Below, piece after piece: positions 36,172-45,697 of a stretch of 51,605 nt of DNA. The first letter of the stretch is position 1. Each line of letters opens with the position of its first letter. A model generated the notes under the pieces. The model was not told where the DNA came from. It ran no database searches and saw nothing but the letters and a program-made list of their open reading frames with translations. Origin of the DNA: Gemmatimonadota bacterium (GTDB lineage: Bacteria; Gemmatimonadota; Gemmatimonadetes; Gemmatimonadales; GWC2-71-9); contig JBMOPM010000168.1 of NCBI GenBank assembly GCA_049323575.1, positions 1 to 51,605 on the forward strand, given 5' to 3'. Made by a program: the position numbers and the translations under genes.

Positions 36172-36462
36172 TCAGAGGCCCATCGTCTCCCTCCGCCACC
36201 GTGCGAAGCGAATGACATCGTCCACGGGTGGTACGGCGTCCTCGTCCCCATACGCGGTGTGCATCCGCCACCGGATGTAGGTGGGATCGGGAAGCGGGAG
36301 AAAAGGCGGCCGGCGCCACCAGTCGAGCCGCCGGAAGGCCCAGGCGGTCTTCAGCAGATCGACCGCCAGCCGCGGGTTGGCGATGGCCCGGCCGAGGAGG
36401 CCGGCGACAAGCCCGTTCCAGGAGCCTCGCGCCTCGGGTGCCGGCGATGCGGCGTCGTCCAT
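36172..36462 (-). CDS. hypothetical protein (96 aa), Trp/Arg-rich
   Basis: G/C third-position bias. ...WWRRPPFLPLPDPTYIRWRMHTAYGDEDAVPPVDDVIRFARW.... It is the first gene of the queG operon. No family recognised. Confidence 0.5.
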   Translation of the reverse strand: MDDAASPAPEARGSWNGLVAGLLGRAIANPRLAVDLLKTAWAFRRLDWWRRPPFLPLPDPTYIRWRMHTAYGDEDAVPPVDDVIRFARWRRETMGL

Positions 36463-36583
36463 GGGCGGAAAGCTAATAGCGGAGCTGCGGCACTCGGTGA
36501 CGCTGGGTGCTGGCCTGCCTCAAGGCTCGCCGAGCGCGATGCGGCAGCCGCCGCGAGCCATACGTGAGGTATATTCCCGCCCC

Positions 36584-36844
36584 ATGACGTCTGCCGCTCC
36601 GGTGGTGGAGGACCTCCACCCGCTGATCGCCCGTGGGGCCGAGTTCCCGATCGTCGCGCACACGGTCTCTTGCGACTCGTGCTCGTTGGGGGGCCTGTCG
36701 CGGCGTCTGCGCGCGAAGGTGAACGAGCATCTCGGGGTCAGCCTCGCCCCCGATGCTCGGCCGGGTCGTGTGCGCATGTCGCCGTTCTGCTGCAACGTCC
36801 CCGACGACCACCGCGCTCTCCCGGGGGGGCTCGCCCGTGGCTGA
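36584..36844 (+). CDS. hypothetical Cys4 microprotein (86 aa)
   Basis: MTSAAPVVEDLHPLIARGAEFPIVAHTVSCDSCSLGG...MSPFCCNVPDDH. Strong G/C third-position bias. Its stop overlaps the LOG GTG start by 8 nt. Weak Shine-Dalgarno (GAGG 14 nt upstream). Confidence 0.45.
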   Translation: MTSAAPVVEDLHPLIARGAEFPIVAHTVSCDSCSLGGLSRRLRAKVNEHLGVSLAPDARPGRVRMSPFCCNVPDDHRALPGGLARG

Positions 36845-37568
36845 CACGAAGGATCGGTTCGGGCCGCACGACACCGAGGACAAGATCCTCCTCGAGATGC
36901 CGAGCCCGGAGGAGATCGCCCGCCGCCGCAACACGTCGGATAGCTGGCGCGTGCTCCGGGTGCTGGGCGAGTTCGTGTGGGGATTCGAGAATCTCAACGA
37001 CGTGGCTGGCGGTGTGAGCATCTTCGGCTCCGCGCGCACCCCGCCCGGGGACCCGATGTACCGGGCCGCGGAGGAAACGGCGCGGCTGCTGGCCAGGGAG
37101 GGGATCCCGGTGATCACCGGGGGCGGGCCCGGGATCATGGAGGCGGCGAACAAGGGGGCCTTCGAGGCCGGCGGCCTCTCCATCGGCTGCAACATCGAGC
37201 TGCCCCACGAGCAGAAGTCCAATCCCTATCTCACGCGGAGTCTCGACTTCAAGTACTTCTTCGTCCGCAAGACGATGTTCGTGAAGTACGCCGTGGGGTT
37301 CATCGTCTTCCCCGGCGGTTACGGCACCCTGGACGAGCTGTTCGAGGCGCTCACGCTGATCCAGACCGGGAAGGTGACCGACTTTCCCGTGGTCCTGTTC
37401 GGCTCGGATTTCTGGGGCGACATGGTGCGATGGCTGGAGCAGACCCTGCTGGCCCGCGGCATGATCAGTCCCCACGACATGGTTCTGTTCAAGGTGGTGG
37501 ACCGCCCGGACGAGGCGGTCCAGCTGATTCAGGAGAGCCGGCGGCTCCGGCCGACCGCAGAGTTCTAG
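36837..37568 (+). CDS. LOG family (TIGR00730) Rossmann-fold nucleotide-binding protein / phosphoribohydrolase
   Basis: GSAR, GGGPGIMEAANKGA and PGGYGTLDELFE are the LOG motifs. GTG 36837 preceded by GGGGG. Confidence 0.85.
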   Translation: MADTKDRFGPHDTEDKILLEMPSPEEIARRRNTSDSWRVLRVLGEFVWGFENLNDVAGGVSIFGSARTPPGDPMYRAAEETARLLAREGIPVITGGGPGIMEAANKGAFEAGGLSIGCNIELPHEQKSNPYLTRSLDFKYFFVRKTMFVKYAVGFIVFPGGYGTLDELFEALTLIQTGKVTDFPVVLFGSDFWGDMVRWLEQTLLARGMISPHDMVLFKVVDRPDEAVQLIQESRRLRPTAEF

Positions 37569-37621
37569 CAATCGTGCGAGGCGCCACGCGGCGCGCGCCA
37601 CGTGCCATCTGACCGTCAAGG

Positions 37622-38782
37622 ATGTCCCACATGTCCCGATCTTCCTCTCCGTATCTGCGCGGCCAGCGCATCAACCCGAAGGCCATCACCGGCCGCGAGA
37701 CGGCGGCTGATCTGATCGATAACGCCTTCCTCGCGTACAACGCCGGCCGGCTCCGCGAGGGGGCGCAGCTCTTCGTGGAGCGCATGCTCGCGCCGGAGAC
37801 CACGGTGGGCATGAGCCTCACCGGCGCGATGACGCCCGCCGGCCTCGGGATGAGCTCGATCATCCCGCTCATGGAGGCCGGGTTTCTCGACTGGATCATC
37901 TCGACGGGCGCCAACCTGTATCACGATGCGCATTTCGGGCTTGGCCTGCCGATGCATCGAGGCACGCCCTTCGCCGACGACGTGGAGCTGCGCGACAAGG
38001 GCGTCGTGCGGATCTACGACATCTTCTTCGACTATTCGGTGCTGCTCTCCACCGACGCGTTCATCCGCGAGGTGTCGGCCCGCGAAGAGTTCCAGCGGCC
38101 GATGAGCACGGCGGAGTACCACTATCTGCTGGGCGGGTACATGCTCGAGCGGGAAAAGGCGCTGGGACTCACCCGGCGCTCCGTCCTGGCGGCGGCGCAC
38201 GAGCTCGAGGTGCCGATCTACACCAGTTCCCCGGGCGACAGCTCGATCGGCATGAACGTGGCCGAGCAGGCGCTGGCCGGCAGCAAGCTCCGCTTCGACG
38301 TGAGCGCGGACGTGAACGAGACCGCCGCGATCGTGCTCGAGGCCAAGCGCAGCGGCGGCAAGAGCGGCGCGCTCATCATCGGCGGCGGCAGCCCCAAGAA
38401 CTTCCTGCTGCAGACCGAGCCGCAGATCCAGGAAGTGCTCGGGATCGACGAGCGCGGCCACGACTACTTCCTGCAGATCACCGACGCGCGGCCCGACGTG
38501 GGCGGTCTCTCGGGCGCCACACCCAACGAGGCGGTGAGCTGGGGCAAGATCGACCCGGACATGCTGCCGGGGACGGTCGTCTGCTACACCGACAGCACCA
38601 TCGCGCTGCCGCTCCTCACTGCCTACGCGCTCGCCCGCAAGGCGCCCCGGCCCCTCAAGCGGCTCTACGGGCGCCGCCAGGCGATGATGGACCGCCTGGT
38701 CTCCGAATACCGTGCCGCGCTCGCGTTCCGCGATCGTCGCGCCGCCGAGGCCGGCTTCGCGGTGGGGGCCGGTGACAAGTAG
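37622..38782 (+). CDS. deoxyhypusine synthase-like protein (DS family; possible homospermidine-type synthase)
   Basis: [29 protein letters not shown] and [11 protein letters not shown] match bacterial DHS-like proteins over the full length. Confidence 0.8.
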   Translation: MSHMSRSSSPYLRGQRINPKAITGRETAADLIDNAFLAYNAGRLREGAQLFVERMLAPETTVGMSLTGAMTPAGLGMSSIIPLMEAGFLDWIISTGANLYHDAHFGLGLPMHRGTPFADDVELRDKGVVRIYDIFFDYSVLLSTDAFIREVSAREEFQRPMSTAEYHYLLGGYMLEREKALGLTRRSVLAAAHELEVPIYTSSPGDSSIGMNVAEQALAGSKLRFDVSADVNETAAIVLEAKRSGGKSGALIIGGGSPKNFLLQTEPQIQEVLGIDERGHDYFLQITDARPDVGGLSGATPNEAVSWGKIDPDMLPGTVVCYTDSTIALPLLTAYALARKAPRPLKRLYGRRQAMMDRLVSEYRAALAFRDRRAAEAGFAVGAGDK

Positions 38783-38822
38783 CGCCTCGCCGGGAGGCGC
38801 GCGGCCCGGGAGGGCGTACCGA

Positions 38823-40298
38823 GTGTACGCCCTCCTCTTGCTCGCCGCCATCAACGTCCTCAACTATCTCGACCGCAACGTCATCTTCGCGCTGTTCGAA
38901 CCGATCAAGCGCGACCTCGGCCTCACCGACACCCAGCTCGGCTGGCTGGGCTCCGCCTACATCCTGGTCTTCTCGGTGACCGCCCTGCCGGCCGGCGTGC
39001 TGAGCGACATCCGCTCCCGCCGCGCCGTCATCGCGGGCGGTGTGGCCGTCTGGAGCGCCTTCACGCTCGTGAGCGGGCTGGTGAAGAGCTTCGCGCAGCT
39101 CTTCTGGTGTCGCGCGCTGGTGGGCGTGGGCGAGGCCGCCTTCGGGCCGGCGTCCTCGTCGCTGGTGGCGGACTACTTCCCCGGCAAGGCGCGCGCGCTC
39201 GCGATGGGAGTGCTGTCCTCCGGGATCGCGCTGGGCGGCGTGCTCGGCATTCTGCTGGGTGGTCAGCTCGAGGCGCTGTATGGCTGGCGCGTGGCCTTCA
39301 TGGCCGTGGCGGCGCCGGGCTTCCTCTTCGCCTTCCTCGCGGGCCGGCTCAAGGATCCCACGCGCCCGCCGGAGAAGGTCTCCATCCGCGACACCCTGCA
39401 GGAACTGGGGATGGGGCTCACGTCGCTGGTGCGCCAGCTCCTCCCCACCATCATCGGTACGCTCGTGGGGCTCATGGCCGCCTACCGCGTGGACCCCGAG
39501 ATCACCCGGGCGCGCCTCGACATCGCGGTCTTCAGCGTGTTCCTGGGCCTGGGCGTCGCGATCAACTTTCTCAAGTGGGTCCGGCAGATCCGCGCCCGTC
39601 AGATCGACGAGACGCTGTTCGGCGGGCAGTTCGGCAGCGCCATCGAGGACCTGGTCCGGGCCGGCGCCATCGTGCTCCGGACGCCCACGCTCAAGTACGT
39701 CTTCGTCGCCGGGGCTCTGGTTTCCTTCGGGATGAACGGCCTGGTGGGCTGGGCACCCACGTTCGTGGCCCGCGAACTCGGCATGACCGCGGCCGACGCC
39801 AGCGTGCTGCTCGGCAAGTGGGGGCTCATCTTCGGCACCGCGGGCACCCTCTTCGGCGGCTGGCTGGCCGACCAGCTCCGCAAGTACACCGAGAGCGGGC
39901 GCGTGATCGTGGTTGCCGCCGGGCTTCTGATCGGCGGACCCCTGGCCACCTGGCTTCTCACGCTGCGCGATCCCGCCGTGTTCGTGCCGGTGTTCTGTGG
40001 GGCGTTCTTCTGCCTGACCTGGTACAACGGCCCGCTCTCGGCGACGATCTTCGACGTCGTGCCGGCCCGCATCAGCGCAACGGTGGCCGGTGCGTACCTT
40101 CTTTTCATCCACCTCGTGGGCGATGCGATCGCTTTCCCGCTGGTCGGCATGCTGTCCGACCGGTTCGGGCTCGACCGCGCGATCCTTCTCCTGCCCATCG
40201 TCTCGGTGGCAGGCGGTGCCGTCGTGCTCTTCGCCATAGGGACGGTCGCGCACGACACGACTCGCGCCGCCCGCCGCATCGGACGTCCCGAACCATGA
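38823..40298 (+). CDS. MFS transporter (Spinster-like)
   Basis: LNYLDRNV..., GW.G....L......P.G.LSD..SRR, about 12 TM segments. GTG 38823 has GGGAGGG 9 nt upstream; GTG 38772 is an alternative. Confidence 0.82.
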   Translation: MYALLLLAAINVLNYLDRNVIFALFEPIKRDLGLTDTQLGWLGSAYILVFSVTALPAGVLSDIRSRRAVIAGGVAVWSAFTLVSGLVKSFAQLFWCRALVGVGEAAFGPASSSLVADYFPGKARALAMGVLSSGIALGGVLGILLGGQLEALYGWRVAFMAVAAPGFLFAFLAGRLKDPTRPPEKVSIRDTLQELGMGLTSLVRQLLPTIIGTLVGLMAAYRVDPEITRARLDIAVFSVFLGLGVAINFLKWVRQIRARQIDETLFGGQFGSAIEDLVRAGAIVLRTPTLKYVFVAGALVSFGMNGLVGWAPTFVARELGMTAADASVLLGKWGLIFGTAGTLFGGWLADQLRKYTESGRVIVVAAGLLIGGPLATWLLTLRDPAVFVPVFCGAFFCLTWYNGPLSATIFDVVPARISATVAGAYLLFIHLVGDAIAFPLVGMLSDRFGLDRAILLLPIVSVAGGAVVLFAIGTVAHDTTRAARRIGRPEP

Positions 40299-43200
40299 CC
40301 GGTCCCGGCAGTCTCCTCCGGCGGCGATGGCCATGGGCGCTCCTCGTGCTGCTGTCGGCGGGGGCGGTGTTCTACACCGTCCGCACCTTCCCCTCGGTCT
40401 ACCCCATCGTCTCGCTCGATCTCCGCATGGACCGGGATTCGGCCTTCGCCGCGGCGCGGGCGCTCGCGCGGGAGCATGGGTGGTGGCGACCGGAGAAGCC
40501 GCCGCGAGAGGCGGCGTCGTTCCGGGTGGACCAGGAGGTCCAGACGTTCGTGGAACTCGAGGGCGGCGGGAAGCCGGCGTTCCGCAGGCTGGTCACGGGC
40601 ACGCTGTTCTCGCCCTACACCTGGACCGTGCGCCAGTTCCGGCCGGGCGAGGCGCGGGAGATCCGCGTGCGCTTCACGCCGTCCGGTCGTTTCGACGGTT
40701 TCGTCGAGCAGGTCCCGGAGAAGGAGCCCGGCGCGAGCCTCACGGCCGACAGTGCCCGGGCGCTGGCCGAGCGGGTGGCGGTCGATCGATGGCACGCGGA
40801 CCTCGCCAGCTATGCGCTGGTCGAGTCGGCCACGGAGACGCGACCCAGCGGCCGGGTGGATCACACCTTTACCTACGAGCGCCCGGAGCGGGACATCGGC
40901 GAGGGTCGCTACCGGCTGCGCCTCGTGGTGAGTGGTGATCGCCTGACCGAGCTGACCCGGTTCATTCAGGTCCCGGAGGCCTTCACCCGCCGCTACGCCG
41001 AGATGCGGTCGGCCAACGACGGGATCGCGGCCGGGGCCGGCATCGGCGTGTTGCTGCTCTACGGCATCGGCGGCGTGGGCGGCGGGATCTTCTTCCTGCT
41101 GCGACGCCGCGCGCTGGCCTGGCGGCCCGCCGTGCGCTGGGGCGGGTTCATCGCCGGGCTCGGGCTGGCCGCATCGGCCGGCGAGTGGCAACTGCTGTGG
41201 ATGAACTATGACACCGCGCTGCCGGTGGAGACGTTCGTCCTCAAGCACGCGGGCCTCCTCGTGCTCGGATTCGTCGGTACCGCGGCGATGCTCACCCTCT
41301 CGTTCGTGGCCGCGGAGGGTCTCACGCGGCTGGCGTTCGGGCACCACCCCCGGCTCTGGCGGGTGTGGACGCCCGAGGCCGCGGCGTCGCCCGAGATCCT
41401 GGGCCGCACGGTGGGCGGTTACCTGCTGGTCGCCCTGTTCTTCGCCTACCAGGTGGTGCTGTTCATCGTCTCCACCCGCTGGTGGGACTGGTGGAACCCG
41501 TCCGACGCACTCATCCAGCCCGATCTCCTTGCCCACTCGTTTCCGTGGCTCAGCGCGATCGCGCCATCGCTGCAAGCGGGCTTCTGGGAGGAATGCCTGT
41601 TCCGGGCCGTGCCGCTCGCCGGCGCCGCGCTGATCGGCCAGCGCCTGGGGCATCGGAACGCGTGGATCGCGGTGGCGTTCGTGCTCCAGGCCGTGATCTT
41701 CGGCGCGGGCCATGCCAACTACCCCACGCAACCGGCCTATGCCCGGCTGGTGGAGCTGGTCCTGCCGTCGTTCGTGTTCGGCGGGCTGTACCTCGCCTAC
41801 GGTCTGCTGCCCGGCGTCGTGATGCACTTCGTGTACGACGTGGTGTGGTTCGCGCTGCCGCTGTTCGTCTCATTCACGCCGGGCATCTGGGTAGACCGGA
41901 CGCTGGTGGTCCTCTGCACGTTGGTGCCGTTCGCGGTGGTGCTGGTGGCGCGCATGCGAATGGGCCGATGGGCGCCGTTGCCGGATGCGTTCCGCAATGC
42001 GGCCTGGCAGCCGGAACCGGCGGGCGGCCCGGCCGAACTTCCGGTGGCGCCCGTGGAGGCGCCTCCGGTCACGGCGCGCCGGATCGACCCGCGGGTCGTG
42101 GCCGTGGCGGGCATCGTCGGGCTCGTCGCCTGGGCCCGGGTGGCGCTCGAGCCGCGCGGGATGCCGGCGATCACGATCGGCCGCCGCGAGGCGATAGCCA
42201 TCGCGCGCGACACGCTGGCCGGCCGGGGCGTGGTGCTGCCGGCCGCGTGGCGATTCGTCACCGAGGTGCAGGACACGCCGGGCGAGGCCAGCCGCTTCGT
42301 GTGGCGCACCGCCGGCCGCGATACCTACTACGCCGTGCTCGGCAGCTACATCAACGGACCGGGCTGGGCGGTGCGGGCAGTGACGTTCCGCGGCGACGTG
42401 GCCGAACGGGCGGAGACGTGGGAGCTCAGGCTGGCCGCCGATGGCCGGGTGCTCGAGGTGGAACACACGTTGCCCGAAGGCCGGCCCGGGGCCACGCTGG
42501 ACGAGGCCGCGGCGCGCGCGCTCGCCCTGGCCGAGGTGCGTTCGAGGTTCGGCCTCGACAGCACGGCGCTCCGCCAGGTATCGGCGACGCCGGCGCGACG
42601 GCCGGCGCGTACCGACTGGACGTTCGTGTTCGCCGATGGGTCCGGCCCGCGGCTGCCGCAGGGCGAGTGCCGGGTGCAGGTGGTCGTCTCGGGCGACCAG
42701 GTGACGGACGCCTTCCGGTTCGTGCACGTCCCGGAAGAGTGGCAACGGAACGAGAAGCCGCGGCGCACGCTGGAGACCATCCTGACCGTGCTGTCCACGA
42801 TTCTGATCGCCGCGCTGTTCTTCGGCGGCGTCGCGGCCGCGGTGGTGCGGTGGAGCCGGCGCACCTTCCCGGTCCGACCTGTGCTCCGCGGGGCGTTGGT
42901 GCTGGCGGCGCTGCAGCTCGGGGTCACGGTCAACCAGTGGGCCAGCATCCCTGCCGGCTTCCGCACGACCGAGCCGCTGGAGCGGCAGGTGCTGTTCGCC
43001 GTCCTGGGTGCAGCGCTCGTCGTGATGCTGGTGCCGCTTGCCGTTGCGCTGGTCGCCGGGCTTGGCGTGACCTGGGCGCGGGAACAGCAGGCCCGTCATG
43101 AGGCGGTGGCCAACAGCGCGCTTGCGGGATTGGCCATCGGCACGCTCGCCACCGGCGTCACAGCCCTCGGGTCGAGCCTCAAGCAGGATGCGCCTGATTG

Positions 43201-43693
43201 GCCGACGTACCTGCCCGCCGGGGATTATGTGCCCTGGCTCTCCGCAGCGCTCGCCGCGCCGATGGCGTGGGTGACGGTGGCCGCCATGCTGGCCATGCTG
43301 TTCGGGTCGGTGCTCGGCTTGAGTCAGGGCTGGACCCGGCGCCGCCTCCTGGCCATCGCGTGGCTCTTCGTCGCCGGGTTCATCCTCGGTGGCGCGGCGG
43401 GCACGCCGACGCTCAACGCCTGGCTGGCGACCGGCATCGCGACCGGTGTGTTCGTGGTCGCCGCCTGGCTGCTCGTGATTCGCCACGACCTGGTGGTGCT
43501 GCCCTTCGCGGCGCTGGCGATGAGCCTGCTCGGGGCGTTGCGGATGGCGCTCGCGGCCTCCTATCCCGGGGCCGTCGCCGGCGGGCTGCTTCGCGCGGCC
43601 GTGCTCGCGGCGCTCCTGTGGTGGTTCTGGCGGCGCGCATCCGCATCGGACTCGGATGCGACCCTCGGAGCAGCGAGATCGATGACTCCATAG
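40295..43693 (+). CDS. giant (1132 aa) CPBP-family (CAAX/Abi) intramembrane glutamic protease with two copies of an extracytoplasmic module
   Basis: FWEECLFRAV (EExxxR), IFGAGH (FxxxH) and HFVYD are the three CPBP motifs (aa 430-515). Two homologous soluble modules, each following a TM segment, are visible by eye. The ATG overlaps the MFS stop as ATGA. The listed ORF 39107..43693 begins in another gene. Confidence 0.8.
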   Translation: MTGPGSLLRRRWPWALLVLLSAGAVFYTVRTFPSVYPIVSLDLRMDRDSAFAAARALAREHGWWRPEKPPREAASFRVDQEVQTFVELEGGGKPAFRRLVTGTLFSPYTWTVRQFRPGEAREIRVRFTPSGRFDGFVEQVPEKEPGASLTADSARALAERVAVDRWHADLASYALVESATETRPSGRVDHTFTYERPERDIGEGRYRLRLVVSGDRLTELTRFIQVPEAFTRRYAEMRSANDGIAAGAGIGVLLLYGIGGVGGGIFFLLRRRALAWRPAVRWGGFIAGLGLAASAGEWQLLWMNYDTALPVETFVLKHAGLLVLGFVGTAAMLTLSFVAAEGLTRLAFGHHPRLWRVWTPEAAASPEILGRTVGGYLLVALFFAYQVVLFIVSTRWWDWWNPSDALIQPDLLAHSFPWLSAIAPSLQAGFWEECLFRAVPLAGAALIGQRLGHRNAWIAVAFVLQAVIFGAGHANYPTQPAYARLVELVLPSFVFGGLYLAYGLLPGVVMHFVYDVVWFALPLFVSFTPGIWVDRTLVVLCTLVPFAVVLVARMRMGRWAPLPDAFRNAAWQPEPAGGPAELPVAPVEAPPVTARRIDPRVVAVAGIVGLVAWARVALEPRGMPAITIGRREAIAIARDTLAGRGVVLPAAWRFVTEVQDTPGEASRFVWRTAGRDTYYAVLGSYINGPGWAVRAVTFRGDVAERAETWELRLAADGRVLEVEHTLPEGRPGATLDEAAARALALAEVRSRFGLDSTALRQVSATPARRPARTDWTFVFADGSGPRLPQGECRVQVVVSGDQVTDAFRFVHVPEEWQRNEKPRRTLETILTVLSTILIAALFFGGVAAAVVRWSRRTFPVRPVLRGALVLAALQLGVTVNQWASIPAGFRTTEPLERQVLFAVLGAALVVMLVPLAVALVAGLGVTWAREQQARHEAVANSALAGLAIGTLATGVTALGSSLKQDAPDWPTYLPAGDYVPWLSAALAAPMAWVTVAAMLAMLFGSVLGLSQGWTRRRLLAIAWLFVAGFILGGAAGTPTLNAWLATGIATGVFVVAAWLLVIRHDLVVLPFAALAMSLLGALRMALAASYPGAVAGGLLRAAVLAALLWWFWRRASASDSDATLGAARSMTP

Positions 43694-43764
43694 CGCTCCG
43701 GTGCGACATCATCGGGCGCGGCAGCCGGTCGCGCCCTGCTTCCTCCAGATACGGTTCACGTCCT

Positions 43765-45675
43765 ATGCGCCGCTTCGTTCTGCTCCTCGCCTGCCTCGTC
43801 CTGCCGCTGGTCACTGCTCCGGGCGCCTGGGCCCAGGACCCGGGCGCGGAGCAGGTCAAGGCCGACTATGTCAAGTACGAGTACCGGATTCCCATGCGGG
43901 ACGGCACCCGGCTGTTCACGATCGTCTACATGCCGAGGGACGCCTCCGATGCGAACCGGTATCCCATCCTCATGCAGCGGACCTGCTACGGCATCGGACC
44001 CTACGGTCCGGACGCGTACCGCGCATCGGTGGGTCCGAATCCGTTCCTCCAGCGGGAGAAGTACATCTTCGTCTACCAGGACGTGCGCGGGCGGTGGATG
44101 TCGGAGGGAACGTTCGTCAACGTGCGTCCGTTCGTGCCGGATTCGCTCAAGCGCGGCCCCGCCGATGTCGATGAGGCCTCCGACACCTACGACACCATCG
44201 AGTGGCTGCTCGAGCACCTGCCGTATCACAACGGCCGGGTGGGCCAGTGGGGCATCTCGTACCCCGGCTTCTACACCACGATGGGTGCGCTCTCGCGGCA
44301 CCCGGCGCTGGTGGCCTCTTCGCCGCAGGCGCCGGTGACGGACTTCTACTTCGAGGACTTCCATCACAACGGCGCGCTTACCCAGGCCTACTTCTACACC
44401 TACCCGGTCTTCGGCATCCCGACCCCGGGACCGACGACCGAGCCGTGGTTCGCGCCGTACATGGTGCGGGAGGGCCTGCCCGATGACTACCGGTTCCAGC
44501 TCGAGCTCGGGCCCCTCAAGAACGTCACGGCGCGCTACTACAAGGACAACGTCTTCTGGCGGGAGATCATCCAGCACCCTGACTACGATGCCTTCTGGCA
44601 GGCACGCGGCGTGGCCCAGCACCTCAAGGGCGTGCGGTATGCCGTGATGACGGTGGGCGGCTGGTTCGACGCGGAGGATCTCTACGGACCGCTCACGGTC
44701 TACAAGGAACTGGAGCGGAACAACCCCGGGATCTACAACACGCTGGTGATGGGGCCGTTCCGCCACGGCGGCTGGGCGGCGCAGGGCGTGGCGCACACCC
44801 TGCACGGCGACATCTACTTCGGCGACTCACTGGAGGTCTTCTACCAGCGGGAGATCGAGACGCCGTTCTTCCGCCATTGGCTCAAGGGGCCGGCCGATGG
44901 TCACACCGGTCTGCCGGAGGCCTATCTGTTCGACACCGGGGCCAGGCGCTGGGAGAAGTTCGATCGCTGGCCTTTGTCCACGGCGCGCACTCGCCGGCTG
45001 TACTTCCACCCCGGCCGCAAACTGTCCTGGGAGAAGCCCGGCCCGACCGAGGGCTTCTCGAGCTATGTGAGCGACCCCAATCTGCCCGTGCCCGGCCGCT
45101 GCCTGGTTCCGACGATCCAGGGCTTCACGTTGTATCAGTACATGAGCGACGACCAGCGCTGCTTCTCCACCCGGCCCGACGTGCTCACCTTCGAGACCGA
45201 GCCGCTGGCGGAGGACGTCACGCTCGGCGGCGAGCTCACGGCCCGGCTCGTGGTCTCCACCACCGGCACCGACGCCGACTTCTTCGTCAAGCTCATCGAC
45301 GTCTACCCGCCGGACGAGCCCGACCACCCCTACATGCCGAACGCGAACATCCATCTCGGCGGCTATCAGCAGATGGTGCGGAGCGAGATCATGCGGGGCC
45401 GGTACCGGAAGAGCTTCTCGAAGCCGGAACCGATGACGCCGGGCCGGCCGACCGACGTCACCTTCCGGCTGCAGGACGTGCTGCACACGTTCCGCAAGGG
45501 GCACCGGATCATGGTGCAGGTGCAGAGCACCGCGTTTCCGCTGTTCGATCGCAACCCGCAGAAATACGTATCGAACATCTACGAGGCCGATGCGAAGGAC
45601 TTCATCAAGGCCACGCAGCGGGTGTATCACGACGCGAGGCGGGCGAGCCACCTCGAGGTGCAGGTGTTGCCCTAG
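43765..45675 (+). CDS. CocE/NonD-family serine hydrolase (S15 Xaa-Pro dipeptidyl-peptidase-like), secreted
   Basis: Signal peptide MRRFVLLLACLVLPLVTAPGAWAQ. RDG..L......P, D.RGR..SEG, nucleophile GISYPG, and a C-terminal PepX_C-like jelly-roll (F.V.L.DV.P...). Confidence 0.85.
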   Translation: MRRFVLLLACLVLPLVTAPGAWAQDPGAEQVKADYVKYEYRIPMRDGTRLFTIVYMPRDASDANRYPILMQRTCYGIGPYGPDAYRASVGPNPFLQREKYIFVYQDVRGRWMSEGTFVNVRPFVPDSLKRGPADVDEASDTYDTIEWLLEHLPYHNGRVGQWGISYPGFYTTMGALSRHPALVASSPQAPVTDFYFEDFHHNGALTQAYFYTYPVFGIPTPGPTTEPWFAPYMVREGLPDDYRFQLELGPLKNVTARYYKDNVFWREIIQHPDYDAFWQARGVAQHLKGVRYAVMTVGGWFDAEDLYGPLTVYKELERNNPGIYNTLVMGPFRHGGWAAQGVAHTLHGDIYFGDSLEVFYQREIETPFFRHWLKGPADGHTGLPEAYLFDTGARRWEKFDRWPLSTARTRRLYFHPGRKLSWEKPGPTEGFSSYVSDPNLPVPGRCLVPTIQGFTLYQYMSDDQRCFSTRPDVLTFETEPLAEDVTLGGELTARLVVSTTGTDADFFVKLIDVYPPDEPDHPYMPNANIHLGGYQQMVRSEIMRGRYRKSFSKPEPMTPGRPTDVTFRLQDVLHTFRKGHRIMVQVQSTAFPLFDRNPQKYVSNIYEADAKDFIKATQRVYHDARRASHLEVQVLP

Positions 45676-45697
45676 GGGCGGGATCCGTGGCGCCCGC

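Noticed and set aside
36147-36251. ATG 36251 (or 36218) as the queG start
   Set aside because: It would overlap orf96 by 80 (or 47) nt and add a Gly/Arg-rich N-terminal extension with no counterpart in known QueG proteins. I kept these as alternatives but annotated TTG 36146.
39107-40294. Upstream extension that makes the CPBP gene a 1528-aa ORF
   Set aside because: The extension runs through the MFS gene in a different frame and translates to RGRG/PRR-rich junk. ATG 40295, overlapping the MFS stop as ATGA, begins a sensible signal-anchor sequence.
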